Part shown: one piece after another, positions 29,135-38,697 of the stretch
Numbering within the stretch: the stretch's first letter is position 1
Layout of the letters: each line of letters begins with the position of its first letter
Source of the DNA: an uncultured Aeromicrobium sp.
GTDB taxonomy: Bacteria; Actinomycetota; Actinomycetes; Propionibacteriales; Nocardioidaceae
DNA length: 41,688 nucleotides
NCBI GenBank assembly: GCA_964473845.1
Contig: CAYYQO010000004.1
Location: forward strand, 1-41,688
Direction of reading: 5' to 3'
The notes under the pieces: model-generated
Database searches by the model: none
The model's input: the letters and a program-made list of their open reading frames with translations, nothing else
What the model was told of the DNA's origin: nothing
Position numbers and translations under genes: made by a program

Positions 29135-30412
29135 ATGACCAGACCTGACGGCGACTCGATCGTGATCGGTGTCAACACCCTCGGCCTGGGCCAACGCCCG
29201 TCGGCGTGGCAGCACGAGGCCCTGGCTCCGACCGCGCTGGTCGATCCGGAGCACTGGGTGGAGGTGGCGCGCACCGCCGAGCGGGGCGCCCTGGACGCGC
29301 TCTTCCTGGCCGACGGACCCGCCTTGCGCGAACCGAACGCGCGGCCCACCGGGTTCCTCGACCCCACCCAGACGTTCGCCGCCGTGGCGAGCGGGACCGA
29401 ACACATCGGGCTCATCGCGACCGCGTCGTCGACCTTCAACGATCCCGTGGAGCTGGCCCGTCGGCTGCTCACGCTCGATCACGTCTCGGGCGGTCGTACC
29501 GGCTGGAACGTCGTGACCACGGCCTCGGTGCCCGTGGCGAAGAACTTCGGTTTCGATGCCGCACTCGAGCGCGAGGAGCGGTACGGCCGTGCGTACGAGT
29601 TCGTGGAGCTGGTCGAAAAACTGTGGGACGCCGCGGCGACCGGGGCCGTCGTGCACCACGCCGGAGAGCGGTTTCACTACGACGGCACCTTCGCGGGCCC
29701 GACCTCCCCGCAGGGCCGTCCGGTCATCGTCCAGGCGGGCGGATCCCCGGGCGGGCGCAAGCTCGCGGGGGACAAGGCCGACGGGGTCTTCACCGCTGAG
29801 ATGAGTTTCGACCTGGCGCTCAAGAACTACGAGACGGTCAAGGAAACCGCGCGACAGAGCGGCCGAAACCCCGCCGACATCAAGATCCTGCCCGGCTTCG
29901 CGCTGGTCCTGGGCAGCACGGTCGAGGAGGCCGAGCGTCGCTTCGACGAGTGGGAGGAGCGCGGACCGGCCAACTACACGTTCGATCGACTGTCCGGGAT
30001 CCTCGGGGTCGACCTCACGGCCTTCGACCTCGACGGGCCGCTACCCGACAGCGTCACCGAGGTTCCTGACGATCCTGCGAGCTTCACGGCGAGCCTGTCG
30101 TTCCGCCAGACGACGGTCGCGTTCGCCCGTGAGAACAAGCTGACGGTGCGCCAACTGCTGCGTGCCTACGGCGGCTACGGGCACCCGATCATCATCGGCA
30201 CACCCGAGCAGGTCGCCGACACGTTCGAGAGGTGGTTCCACGCCGAGGCGGCCGACGGGTTCAACATCATGCCGGACGTCCTGCCCGAGGGACTGGGCCA
30301 TTTCGTCGACCACGTGGTGCCCATCCTGCGCGACCGTGGGATCTTCCGGCACGAGTACGAGGAGACGACGCTGCGCGGTCATCTGAGCAGCACGAGCCGT
30401 GCGCTCGCCTGA
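29135..30412 (+). CDS. LLM5: NtaA-family monooxygenase (short-loop type, paralogue of LLM4)
   Basis: ALFLAD, LDHVSGGRTGWNVVTT, SPQGRPVIVQAGGS and ADGFNIMPD motifs. AAAGGA RBS. Confidence 0.92.
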   Translation: MTRPDGDSIVIGVNTLGLGQRPSAWQHEALAPTALVDPEHWVEVARTAERGALDALFLADGPALREPNARPTGFLDPTQTFAAVASGTEHIGLIATASSTFNDPVELARRLLTLDHVSGGRTGWNVVTTASVPVAKNFGFDAALEREERYGRAYEFVELVEKLWDAAATGAVVHHAGERFHYDGTFAGPTSPQGRPVIVQAGGSPGGRKLAGDKADGVFTAEMSFDLALKNYETVKETARQSGRNPADIKILPGFALVLGSTVEEAERRFDEWEERGPANYTFDRLSGILGVDLTAFDLDGPLPDSVTEVPDDPASFTASLSFRQTTVAFARENKLTVRQLLRAYGGYGHPIIIGTPEQVADTFERWFHAEAADGFNIMPDVLPEGLGHFVDHVVPILRDRGIFRHEYEETTLRGHLSSTSRALA

Positions 30413-30416
30413 ATCG

Positions 30417-31733
30417 ATGGCGTCATCAGAATCGCTCAACCTCGTCCTGTTCGCGAACGACTCGAGTGAGCGCAGCCCGTTCGAGCACGGTGAGGTGGAG
30501 AACACCATCGAGTCACGGTTCGCCGGACTGGTGCACCTCGCACGCGTCGCCGAGGAGGCGACGTTCGACGCGTTGTTCCTCGCGGACACGCACACGTTCG
30601 GTCCGGAGGTGGCCTGGCCGTATCACCTGACCGACGACTTCGAGCCGTTCACCCTGCTGTCGGCGCTCTCGACCGTGACGTCTCGGCTCGGCCTCGTGGC
30701 GACCGGAACCACGAGCTTCGAGCCGCCGTACACGCTGGCCCGCCAGACGCTGTCGCTCGACCTGCTCAGTGAGGGCCGGGCCGGACTCAACATCGTGACG
30801 TCGGCGGGCGAGGAGACCTCCGTCAACTTCACCCTCGATCCGTTGCCACCGCATGCGGAGCGCTACCGCAAGGCGGAGGAGTCGCTGCACGTCATCCAGC
30901 ACCTGTGGGACGGATTCGAGGACACCGCCGTGCTTCCCGCGCGCGACCGGGGAGTCATCACCGACGTCGACCGGATCCACCCCACGCGGTTCCGCGGCGA
31001 GCACTTCGCGGTGGACGCCCTGCTCGGCCAGCGTCGCTCGCCCCAGGGACGCCCCGTGGTCTTCCAGGCGGGTTCATCGGCGGACGGCACGGCCTATGCG
31101 GCGCGCCATGCCGAGGTCGTCTTCTCCGGGATCCGCGAACTCGACCAAGCCGTGGAATTCCGCCATGACCTGCTCCGGGCTGCGGCCGAGTTCGGGCGCA
31201 CCACGCTGCCCAAGGTGTTGCCGGGGCTGTTCTTCGTCGTGGGTGAGACGACCGAGCATGCACAAGCGAACCTGCAGCGCGTGCTCGACCGGCTCGTGCT
31301 CGAACGCAAGATCGGTGGGCTCAAGGAGATCGACATCGATCTGAGTGGGCTGCCACTGGATGCTCCGCTGCCGGAGTTCCCGACGCACAGCGAACGGCAC
31401 CAGACGGGCCTGGCGGGGTATCGCGCGATGGCTCAGGAGGGTGGACCCCACACCGTGCGCTCGTTCCTGCAGAAGGCGGCGTTCAGCGGCTACTTCCACT
31501 CGGTGGTCGGTTCCCCCGAGCGCATCGCCGACGAGATCGAAGCGTGGCAGACGGCCGGCGCGGCCGATGGGTTCGTGCTGTTCCCGGGCGGAGGCGCCCA
31601 CGAGCAGACCGAACTCTTCGCGGAGCTGGTCGTCCCGGAACTGCGCGATCGCGGTCTGTTCCGTCGGGCGTACGAGGGCCGCACCCTGCGTGATCACCTC
31701 GGTCTTGATCGGCCACGCAACCTCTTCACCTGA
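30417..31733 (+). CDS. LLM6: NtaA-family monooxygenase with a divergent N-terminus
   Basis: ALFLAD, FEPFTLLSAL, GRAGLNIVTS, SPQGRPVVFQAGSS and TLRDHLGL motifs. Confidence 0.9.
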   Translation: MASSESLNLVLFANDSSERSPFEHGEVENTIESRFAGLVHLARVAEEATFDALFLADTHTFGPEVAWPYHLTDDFEPFTLLSALSTVTSRLGLVATGTTSFEPPYTLARQTLSLDLLSEGRAGLNIVTSAGEETSVNFTLDPLPPHAERYRKAEESLHVIQHLWDGFEDTAVLPARDRGVITDVDRIHPTRFRGEHFAVDALLGQRRSPQGRPVVFQAGSSADGTAYAARHAEVVFSGIRELDQAVEFRHDLLRAAAEFGRTTLPKVLPGLFFVVGETTEHAQANLQRVLDRLVLERKIGGLKEIDIDLSGLPLDAPLPEFPTHSERHQTGLAGYRAMAQEGGPHTVRSFLQKAAFSGYFHSVVGSPERIADEIEAWQTAGAADGFVLFPGGGAHEQTELFAELVVPELRDRGLFRRAYEGRTLRDHLGLDRPRNLFT

Positions 31734-33060
31734 CGGACGTCGCCGCCGCGACGTCGCGGGGATCGGCCAGGCCCAGCCGGCTTCGTAGGGTGCGTCCCGG
31801 TTCACGGGGCGCCACGAGGCCGGCTTCACGCATGAGCGGCGCGACGTGTGCGGCGTAGTACTCCAGGTCGTCGGGCGTCACCTGGAAGTGGAAGTTGAAC
31901 CCGTCGACGGCTCCCGAGGTCCACCACGCGGTCACGTCCTCGACGAGGTCGGCGGGGGTGCCCACGAACACTCGGTGTGCGCCATTCGTGACCCGGCTCA
32001 GTTCGCGCAGCGAGAGCGCTCCCTCGGTGGTGGCCTCGGCCAGCGCACGGGTGAAGCCGATCGGCCATCGCTGGTCGGCCTCCACCCGGAACGTCTCGGG
32101 ATCCAGCGGTCGATCGAAGTCGATCGCGGCCGGGTCCAGCCCGAACGTGACCGCGAGTGAGGCGATGAGTTCATCCTCGTGGGTAAAGCCCAGCGACCGG
32201 AGGCGCAACTGCTCGGCTTCGCGTCGAGTGTCGGCGATCACGACGTTGAGGCCCGGCAGGATCCGGATCGATCCGGCGGGTCGCCCGTGACGGCGTGCTG
32301 CTTCCTCGAGTTCGGCGCGATAGTTGAAGGCCGCCTGCTGAGACAGCAGAGAGGCGTAGACCAGATCGGCGTGCCGGCCGGCCAGATCCACTCCAGCCTC
32401 GCTCGCACCTGCCTGGGAGATCACGGGCCAGCCCTGGGGACCGGTGGGCACGTTCAGCGGGCCGGCGACGTCGAAGAACTCGCCATGGTGGTCGATCCTG
32501 CGTGCCACGGTCTCGTCCCACAGTTCGTGGTCGGGAGCATCGCCGGTCGGCGTGTCCCAACTGAGCCAGAGCTTCTTGACGACGTCCAGGAACTCCTCGG
32601 CACGTCGGTACCGCTCCGGTCGGTCGGGAAGGCCGGCCGACCCGAAGTTGGCGGAGATGTCCTCGTTGAAGTTCGCGACCGCGTTGAAGATGACGCGTCC
32701 GCCCGAGATCGTGTCGAGTGTCGCGATCCGCCGGGCCAAGTTGTAGGGCGAGTTGTACGTGGTGGACGCCGTGAGCAGGAACCCGATGTCGGGCACCGCT
32801 GCCGCCAACGCGGTGAACAGGACGAGCGGATCGAAACTGTGGATCGGTGCCGAGGTGTTGTCCCGCTGCAGGGCCGCGTGGTCGGAGAGGAACACGAAGT
32901 CCAGGCCGGCGTCGTGGGCCACCTGGGCCGACCTCAGGTAGTACCCGTAGTCGTTGAACCGGTTCCACCGCGTCGAGGGCCAGGCCCACGAGCGCGGACT
33001 CCAGCCCGTGCCGTTCACCATGGCGCCGAGTAGGGGATGTGCGTGCTGCGATCCGCTCAT
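31726..33060 (-). CDS. LLM7: NtaA-family monooxygenase
   Basis: VFLSD, PYNLARRIATLD.ISGGR, GPLNVP.GPQGWPVISQAGAS and TLRSRLGL motifs. Confidence 0.9.
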   Translation of the reverse strand: MSGSQHAHPLLGAMVNGTGWSPRSWAWPSTRWNRFNDYGYYLRSAQVAHDAGLDFVFLSDHAALQRDNTSAPIHSFDPLVLFTALAAAVPDIGFLLTASTTYNSPYNLARRIATLDTISGGRVIFNAVANFNEDISANFGSAGLPDRPERYRRAEEFLDVVKKLWLSWDTPTGDAPDHELWDETVARRIDHHGEFFDVAGPLNVPTGPQGWPVISQAGASEAGVDLAGRHADLVYASLLSQQAAFNYRAELEEAARRHGRPAGSIRILPGLNVVIADTRREAEQLRLRSLGFTHEDELIASLAVTFGLDPAAIDFDRPLDPETFRVEADQRWPIGFTRALAEATTEGALSLRELSRVTNGAHRVFVGTPADLVEDVTAWWTSGAVDGFNFHFQVTPDDLEYYAAHVAPLMREAGLVAPREPGRTLRSRLGLADPRDVAAATSVR

Positions 33061-33073
33061 CTCGTTCGCGCGA

Positions 33074-34003
33074 TCAGGCCGGGACGGGCGCCACGCCGAG
33101 GTGGTCCAGCCGCGTGCGCGCCTGCGTGTAGACGTCGTCGGGCAGGTTGCCGCGCTGAGCGGCCCGGACGTTGTCGAGCACGTGGGCGGGATCGGCGGTG
33201 CCCGCGATCACCGTGCTGACGCCGGGCGTCGTCAAGGTGTACCGCAGCAGGAAACTCTGCGGCGTCTCGCCCGGCTCCAGCAGGTCGTCCAGGCCGGCGT
33301 CGGCCCATGTGATCGAGCCACCGTCGCGAGTGGCCTTGGCACGGTTGCCGCCTTGGGCGATGCCGCCGCGCACGATGATGCCGAACCCGAGCTCGCCGGC
33401 GCGCGCGATGAGGTCCTCGTGCTCGCGTTCGAGAGCCGAGTAGGGGACCTGGAACGCCGAGAACTCCTCGATCGTCAGATGATCCGCGAAGTGCGGCAGC
33501 GTCGACGAGACGCCGTACGCGAGGATCTTGCCCTCGGTCCTCAGGTCCCGCAGCGTCTCGAGGACGTCGTGTTCCCGCAGCGTCTCGAGCGACGGGCTGA
33601 TGTGCAACTGCACGAGGTCGAGCCGGTCCGTCCGCAGGCGGCGCAGGCTCTGTTCGACGCCGGCCCGGACGTTGGCCGGGGAGTAGTCGTGGACGAGAGG
33701 ACCGCCCGGGGTGGCATCGGGCTGGTGGTCCAGTGGGCAGCCGGCCTTGCTCGCGAGCACGTACTCGTCGCGCCGATGGCCGATGTGACGACCGATGCGC
33801 TCTTCGCTCAGCGCATAGTCGATCGAGGTGTCGATGAAGGTGATGCCGTTGTCCAACACGGTGTTGAGCACGTCGGCGACGACGTCCTCCTCGACGTGCC
33901 GGGGATTGCGATGGGGTGTGCCGCGCAATTCCATCGCGCCGAACCCCAGTGCCGTCACGGTCGGTCCGGTCGCGCCCAGGCGACGTTGTTCGAGGCTGCT
34001 CAC
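33074..34003 (-). CDS. Aldo/keto reductase
   Basis: LGFGAMELRG, IDTSIDY, ASKAG, SLRRLRTDRLDLVQLH and YSALERE motifs. GGAG RBS before GTG 34003. Confidence 0.9.
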   Translation of the reverse strand: MSSLEQRRLGATGPTVTALGFGAMELRGTPHRNPRHVEEDVVADVLNTVLDNGITFIDTSIDYALSEERIGRHIGHRRDEYVLASKAGCPLDHQPDATPGGPLVHDYSPANVRAGVEQSLRRLRTDRLDLVQLHISPSLETLREHDVLETLRDLRTEGKILAYGVSSTLPHFADHLTIEEFSAFQVPYSALEREHEDLIARAGELGFGIIVRGGIAQGGNRAKATRDGGSITWADAGLDDLLEPGETPQSFLLRYTLTTPGVSTVIAGTADPAHVLDNVRAAQRGNLPDDVYTQARTRLDHLGVAPVPA

Positions 34004-34063
34004 AGGAAGTGCTCCAGTCAGGTGATCGGTTCGCGCCGACGTCGAGGCGCGCTGGTCGCTGAC

Positions 34064-34170
34064 ATCGTGGCCCGCGCAGTGCGCGGCGCCGCGCTGTGTT
34101 GCGTTTGTGACGCTCGGGTCCGTCGCAATCCGCAATCTCCTGCGTGCGCGACCGCGTGGCGGGCGACGAT
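34064..34170. promoter_or_regulatory. Divergent island promoters (AKR2 / MFS)
   Basis: TGTTGCG (34097) and TGTGACG (34106); on the minus strand the proximal box lies 27 nt from CACGAT (34069-34064). Plus strand: CGTCGCA (34121) and CGCAATC (34131-34137) - 27 nt - GACGAT (34165). Confidence 0.68.
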
Positions 34171-34180
34171 CACGGGGCTC

Positions 34181-35665
34181 ATGGCTGCTCTCCCGAAGAC
34201 GTCGGACTACCGGATCACGTACCTGGTCATCTCCGTCAGCGTCCTGTCGTTCTCGCTCGTGCAGGCTGTCAATCTTCCGGTGCTGACTGAACTCCAGCAC
34301 CACTTCGGCACGGATCAGCCCACGGTCACGTGGACGCTGACGGTGTACCTGCTGACCGCCTCGGTCGCGACGCCCATCGTCGCGCGGCTCGCGGACGCCC
34401 TCGGCAAGGAGAAGCTGCTGGTGTTCTCGATGACGGCGCTGTCCCTGGGACTGTTCATCGCGGCATGTGCACCCACGATCGAGGTCCTGATCGCCGGGCG
34501 GGGGATCCAGGGTCTCGGGGGCGGCGTGATGCCGATCGCGTACGGGATCGTCCGCGACGAATTCCCTCGCACGAAGGTGCCGACGGCGATCAGCGTCCTG
34601 TCGTCGTTGATCGCGGTCGGCATGGCACTGGGCATCGTCGTGGCCGGGCCGCTGGTCTCGCTGCTCGGGCACTCGGGCATGTACTGGGTGCCGTTCGTCG
34701 TCACCTCGACCGCCGCGGTCTGCGCCGTGCTCTTCGTGCCGGAGTCACCCGTGCGCGCGCCCGGTCGGCCCAGCCTGCTGCCGGCGGTCGCGCTCGCGAC
34801 CTGGCTGGTTGCGCTGTTGCTGGCGGTCAGCAAGGGCGAACACTGGGGTTGGGGCTCGCGGCTGGTCGTCTCGTTGTTCGTCATCGCGGTCGTGGGTCTC
34901 GTGGCCTGGATCTACGCCGAGACGCGCGCCAGGACCCCTTTGGTCGACATGCGGATGCTGACGCGTCGTCCGGTCTGGAGCGCGAACCTGGTCTCGTTCC
35001 TGTTGGGCTTCGCGCTGTTCGCGCAGAGCGGCTTCACGCCTCAGTTCATCCAGACCCCGACCCTGGCCGGCTACGGATTCGGGGCGACGATCACGCAGTC
35101 GGGACTCATGACGCTGCCGACCGCGTTCGCGACGTTCGGCGCGGGGCTGTGCGCCCCGCGCATCGTGGCGCGCATCGGTCCTCGGGTCGCACTCGCCTCC
35201 GGCACGGGTATCGCGACGGTGGGCATGCTCGGGATGGCCTGGTGGCACGACCGGGTGTGGCATGTCGTGCTGAGCAACGGACTGGTCGGACTCGGGACGG
35301 GCTTCGCGATCGCCTGCATGGCGAACATCGTCGTGGCTGCGGTGCCGCCTGAGCAGACGGGCGTGGCGGCAGGGATGAACGCCAACATCCGCACGATGGG
35401 TGGCGCGATCGGCTCGGCCGTCACCGGCATGGTCGTCTCCAGCCAGCTCTCGGTGACGGGGTTCCCGGACGAGTTCGGGTACACGGCCGGCTTCCTCGTG
35501 CTGGCCGCGGCATTCGCCGTGGCATCCCTCGCCTCGTGGGCCGTTCCGACCGGTCGACCGTCACGGTTCCCCAAGCCTGCACCGAAGCGTCCGTCCGCGC
35601 CCGAGTTCGTCGACATTGCGAAATGTGACGTCGCAGTCGCCAAGGAGGTCAACTCGATCGGATAG
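34181..35665 (+). CDS. MFS transporter (DHA2-like, about 14 TMS)
   Basis: WTLTVYLL..VATPIVARLAD, GRGIQGLGGG, PLVDMRML and EQTGVAAGMN motifs. The real start is ATG 34181, not 32954. Confidence 0.9.
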   Translation: MAALPKTSDYRITYLVISVSVLSFSLVQAVNLPVLTELQHHFGTDQPTVTWTLTVYLLTASVATPIVARLADALGKEKLLVFSMTALSLGLFIAACAPTIEVLIAGRGIQGLGGGVMPIAYGIVRDEFPRTKVPTAISVLSSLIAVGMALGIVVAGPLVSLLGHSGMYWVPFVVTSTAAVCAVLFVPESPVRAPGRPSLLPAVALATWLVALLLAVSKGEHWGWGSRLVVSLFVIAVVGLVAWIYAETRARTPLVDMRMLTRRPVWSANLVSFLLGFALFAQSGFTPQFIQTPTLAGYGFGATITQSGLMTLPTAFATFGAGLCAPRIVARIGPRVALASGTGIATVGMLGMAWWHDRVWHVVLSNGLVGLGTGFAIACMANIVVAAVPPEQTGVAAGMNANIRTMGGAIGSAVTGMVVSSQLSVTGFPDEFGYTAGFLVLAAAFAVASLASWAVPTGRPSRFPKPAPKRPSAPEFVDIAKCDVAVAKEVNSIG

Positions 35666-35668
35666 ACA
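35624..35668 (+). promoter_or_regulatory. Island box plus promoter for the LLM8 operon (inside the MFS 3' end)
   Basis: TGTGACGTCGCA (35624-35635) - 27 nt - TAGACA (35663). Confidence 0.72.
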
Positions 35669-35704
35669 CGTTCTGCTCACCCGGCACGACTCGGAAGGTC
35701 CCGC

Positions 35705-37006
35705 ATGCCCCCACGCCGCCAGCATCTGAACTTCGTCCTGTTCGGACGGCCCGACCTCTGGCTCGACCGCAAGATCCCGACCGACGGCGACGGTCGCAAC
35801 ATCCTCACCCGACTGACCACGATGGCGCGCGAGGCGGAGGAGGCCCGCATCGATGCCGTGTTCAACGCCGACTTCCTCGGTTTCGACAAGGAGAAGATCA
35901 GCGGGGACCCCAGTGTCAAGGTCGAACCGCTCGCGGCGGCGGCCGCGCTGGCCGCGGTGACGGAACGGATCGGCCTCGTGGTGACGCAGTCGACGACGTT
36001 CTTCGAGCCGTACAACGTGGCGCGGCAGATCGCCACGCTGCACAACCTCAGTGGTGGTCGGGCCGGCTGGAACGCGGTGACGTCGTTCAACGGCGAGACC
36101 AACTTCGGCCCCACGCAGTTCAGTGGCCTGTCCGACCGGTACGAGCGGGCCGCGGAGTTCGTTGAGGTCGTGCAGGCGCTGTGGGAGACGTGGGACGCCG
36201 ACGCCCTCGACTTCGAGAGTGGCCGGGCCCCCAGCCTGGACACCACGAAGGTCCGCAAGACCGACCACGTCGGGCGGTTCTACTCCGTCGAGCAGCCGCT
36301 GGACGTCTCACGGGTCGTCGAGGAGCAACCCGTGATCTTCCAGGCCGGCGCGTCGGAGGAGGGCATCGCGTTCGCGGCCAGGTTCGGCGAAGCGGTGTTC
36401 GTCGCCACGCCCCACCTCGAGGCCGCGCACGAGTACTACGACAAGCTCAAGGACCAGGTCGTGGCCAACGGACGTGACCGTGACTCGCTCAGGGTGCTGC
36501 CGGGACTGCGCACGTACATCGGCGACACGGAAGCCGAGGCGTGGCAGGAGTACCACGAGTTCTTCGAGCAGGAGAACTACTACGACCAACGCATCGCCTT
36601 CGTGAAGAAGGAAGCCGACTTCTTCGACCTGGAAGGTCTCGAACTCGACGAGGTGATCCCGCCCGAGCGGATCCCCACGCGCGAACAGCTCGAGGCCAAC
36701 CCCCGGCGCGTCAGCCGGGCGCTCGTCTTCCACCGACTGGCCACCGAGGCCGGCGGCGTGACGCTGCGCGAGTTCCTGCACCGCATCCACGGATTCGGGC
36801 ACCTCGACGTCGTGGGCACGACCGAGCAGGTCGCGGACACGCTGGAGACGTGGTTCACCGAACGGGCCGCCGACGGTTTCGTCCTCCAAGGAGGCAATTC
36901 CTGGGAACGGTTCGCGAACGGGGTGCTGCCCCTGCTGCGCGAGCGAGGCGTGGCGCGCCGTGAGTACGAGGGCACGACCCTGCGCAGTCATCTGGGGCTG
37001 GCATGA
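35705..37006 (+). CDS. LLM8: NtaA-family monooxygenase with a divergent N-terminus
   Basis: FNADFLG, EPYNVARQIATLHNLSGGRAGWNAVTS, PVIFQAGAS and TTLRSHLGL motifs. Confidence 0.9.
   Translation: MPPRRQHLNFVLFGRPDLWLDRKIPTDGDGRNILTRLTTMAREAEEARIDAVFNADFLGFDKEKISGDPSVKVEPLAAAAALAAVTERIGLVVTQSTTFFEPYNVARQIATLHNLSGGRAGWNAVTSFNGETNFGPTQFSGLSDRYERAAEFVEVVQALWETWDADALDFESGRAPSLDTTKVRKTDHVGRFYSVEQPLDVSRVVEEQPVIFQAGASEEGIAFAARFGEAVFVATPHLEAAHEYYDKLKDQVVANGRDRDSLRVLPGLRTYIGDTEAEAWQEYHEFFEQENYYDQRIAFVKKEADFFDLEGLELDEVIPPERIPTREQLEANPRRVSRALVFHRLATEAGGVTLREFLHRIHGFGHLDVVGTTEQVADTLETWFTERAADGFVLQGGNSWERFANGVLPLLRERGVARREYEGTTLRSHLGLA
35966..36123 (+). repeat. 158-bp perfect direct repeat, copy 1 (within LLM8)
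   Basis: Base-for-base identical to 38959-39116. Confidence 0.9.
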
Positions 37007-37959
37007 GCGAGCGCCAGCGAGTGAGCGAGGTGTTCGTGACACTGCCCGATCCGAGTTGGGACGAGCTGCTGGGTGACGTGCCGGCCGGCGTCGAGATCGC
37101 CCACTGGGACCTGACGGCACCGCCGCCGCGCGACGACATCGACTACGTCGTGGTCCCCTACGAAGCCGCGGACCGACTGCCGGTGCTGACATCGGTGCGC
37201 ACGGGTGTGGTCCAGACCTTCTCCGTCGGTTACGACGGTCATGCCCACTGGTTGCCGGCCGGGCATCGACTCGCCAACGGCGAGGGGGTCCACGAGACGG
37301 CGACGGCCGAATTGGGGGTCGCGCTGATCCTGGCCGCCCAGCGGAACCTGCCGGGGTACGCCGCCTCGATCGCCGAGCGGCGCTGGGAGGACCTGGAGCG
37401 CCCGCCGGGTCTGGCCGATCGTCACGTGCTGCTGCTGGGCTATGGCGGAATCGGCACGCTGCTCGAGCGGCTGTTGACGCCGTTCGGGGTGCGCATCACC
37501 CGGGTCGCCCGCACGGCGCGGGTCGAGCACGGGAACGTGGTGCACGCGTTCGAGGACCTGTCCGCCCTGCTGACTGACGTCGACGTCGTCGCGAACTCGC
37601 TGCCGCTCTCCGACGAGACCCGCGGTCTGATCGATGACGAGGTGCTGGCGGGCATCCGCGACGGGGCGCTGTTCGTGAACGTCGGACGCGGACCCACGGT
37701 CGACACCGCGGCTCTGCTGCGGCACGTTCGATCGGGTCGGATCCGCGCGGCCCTGGACGTCATCGATCCGGAACCACTGCCCGCCGACCACGAGGCATGG
37801 GGCGTGCCGGGGCTGCTGCTGACGCCGCACGTCGGCGGATTCAGCGACGCGGGGCCGCTGCGGGTGGCGTCGCTGCTGCAGCGTCAACTCCAGCGCCTCG
37901 CCGACGGGCTGGAGCCACTCAACGTGGTGCTCGACCGTCGTGAGGTCGTGCCCACATGA
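37003..37959 (+). CDS. D-isomer-specific 2-hydroxyacid dehydrogenase
   Basis: GYGGIG, PLSDETRGLID, VNVGRG, ALDVIDPEP and TPHVGG motifs. Confidence 0.92.
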   Translation: MSERQRVSEVFVTLPDPSWDELLGDVPAGVEIAHWDLTAPPPRDDIDYVVVPYEAADRLPVLTSVRTGVVQTFSVGYDGHAHWLPAGHRLANGEGVHETATAELGVALILAAQRNLPGYAASIAERRWEDLERPPGLADRHVLLLGYGGIGTLLERLLTPFGVRITRVARTARVEHGNVVHAFEDLSALLTDVDVVANSLPLSDETRGLIDDEVLAGIRDGALFVNVGRGPTVDTAALLRHVRSGRIRAALDVIDPEPLPADHEAWGVPGLLLTPHVGGFSDAGPLRVASLLQRQLQRLADGLEPLNVVLDRREVVPT

Positions 37960-38669
37960 CGGCACGCCGCGCGATCGTCGTGGGCGGGAGCCGCGGCATC
38001 GGACTGGCGGTCGCCGCGCGACTCGCGGCCGAGGACCATGCGGTCGCCATCGTGGCCCGTGACGCAGCACGACTCGAGGAAGCCGCCCGGTCGATCCCGC
38101 ACGACGTGTCCTTCGCCGTGGCCGACACGCGCGACACCGCCCAGGTGGAACGAGCCGTGGCCGAGCTGGCCGACCGGCTCGGTGGCCTCGACGTGATCGT
38201 GAACAGCGGCTACACCCCGCACGGCCTGACCCGTACCGAAGGGCTCGTCGGTGGGTTCACCGAGGACGATCTGCGTGAGGCATTCGAGACGAAGTTCCTG
38301 GGCTACTTCAGGGTCGCCCGAGCGGCTGTGCCGTGGCTCCGGGAGTCCGGCTCGGGGCGGATCATCAACATCGCAGGTCGCTCGGTCGGCGTTTCGACGT
38401 CGCTGCTCGGCGCGGTCCGCAACGCCCCGGTCGCGGCCCTGACGTCGGTGCTCGCCGCCGAACTCGCTCCGGATCGGATCACGGTCAATGTCGTGCACCC
38501 GGGGCCCACCCACATCAGCGAGGGCCCGCCGGACGATCCCGCGCATGCCACCGCCGACGAAGTGGCGCGGGTCGTGACGTTCCTGGCATCGCCCGAGGCG
38601 GGCGTCGTGACGGGCGAGTCGATCTCGATCGGCCGCGAGCCCGGCACGGCCATCCGCACCTATTCCTGA
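37956..38669 (+). CDS. Atypical short-chain dehydrogenase/reductase
   Basis: GGSRGIG, LDVIVN, GRIINI, ITVNVVHPG and FLAS..VTGESI motifs. No YxxxK. Confidence 0.88.
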   Translation: MTARRAIVVGGSRGIGLAVAARLAAEDHAVAIVARDAARLEEAARSIPHDVSFAVADTRDTAQVERAVAELADRLGGLDVIVNSGYTPHGLTRTEGLVGGFTEDDLREAFETKFLGYFRVARAAVPWLRESGSGRIINIAGRSVGVSTSLLGAVRNAPVAALTSVLAAELAPDRITVNVVHPGPTHISEGPPDDPAHATADEVARVVTFLASPEAGVVTGESISIGREPGTAIRTYS

Positions 38670-38697
38670 CGTCGCGACGTCCGACAAGGAGACACTC

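Noticed and set aside
22183..30412. Bioluminescence lux operon
   Set aside because: The LLMs are NtaA-type and no luxCDE genes are present; LuxAB is used only as an analogy.
32954..34180. 903-aa ORF as an N-terminally extended MFS fusion
   Set aside because: The extension is the antisense shadow of the AKR gene; the MFS sequence begins at ATG 34181.
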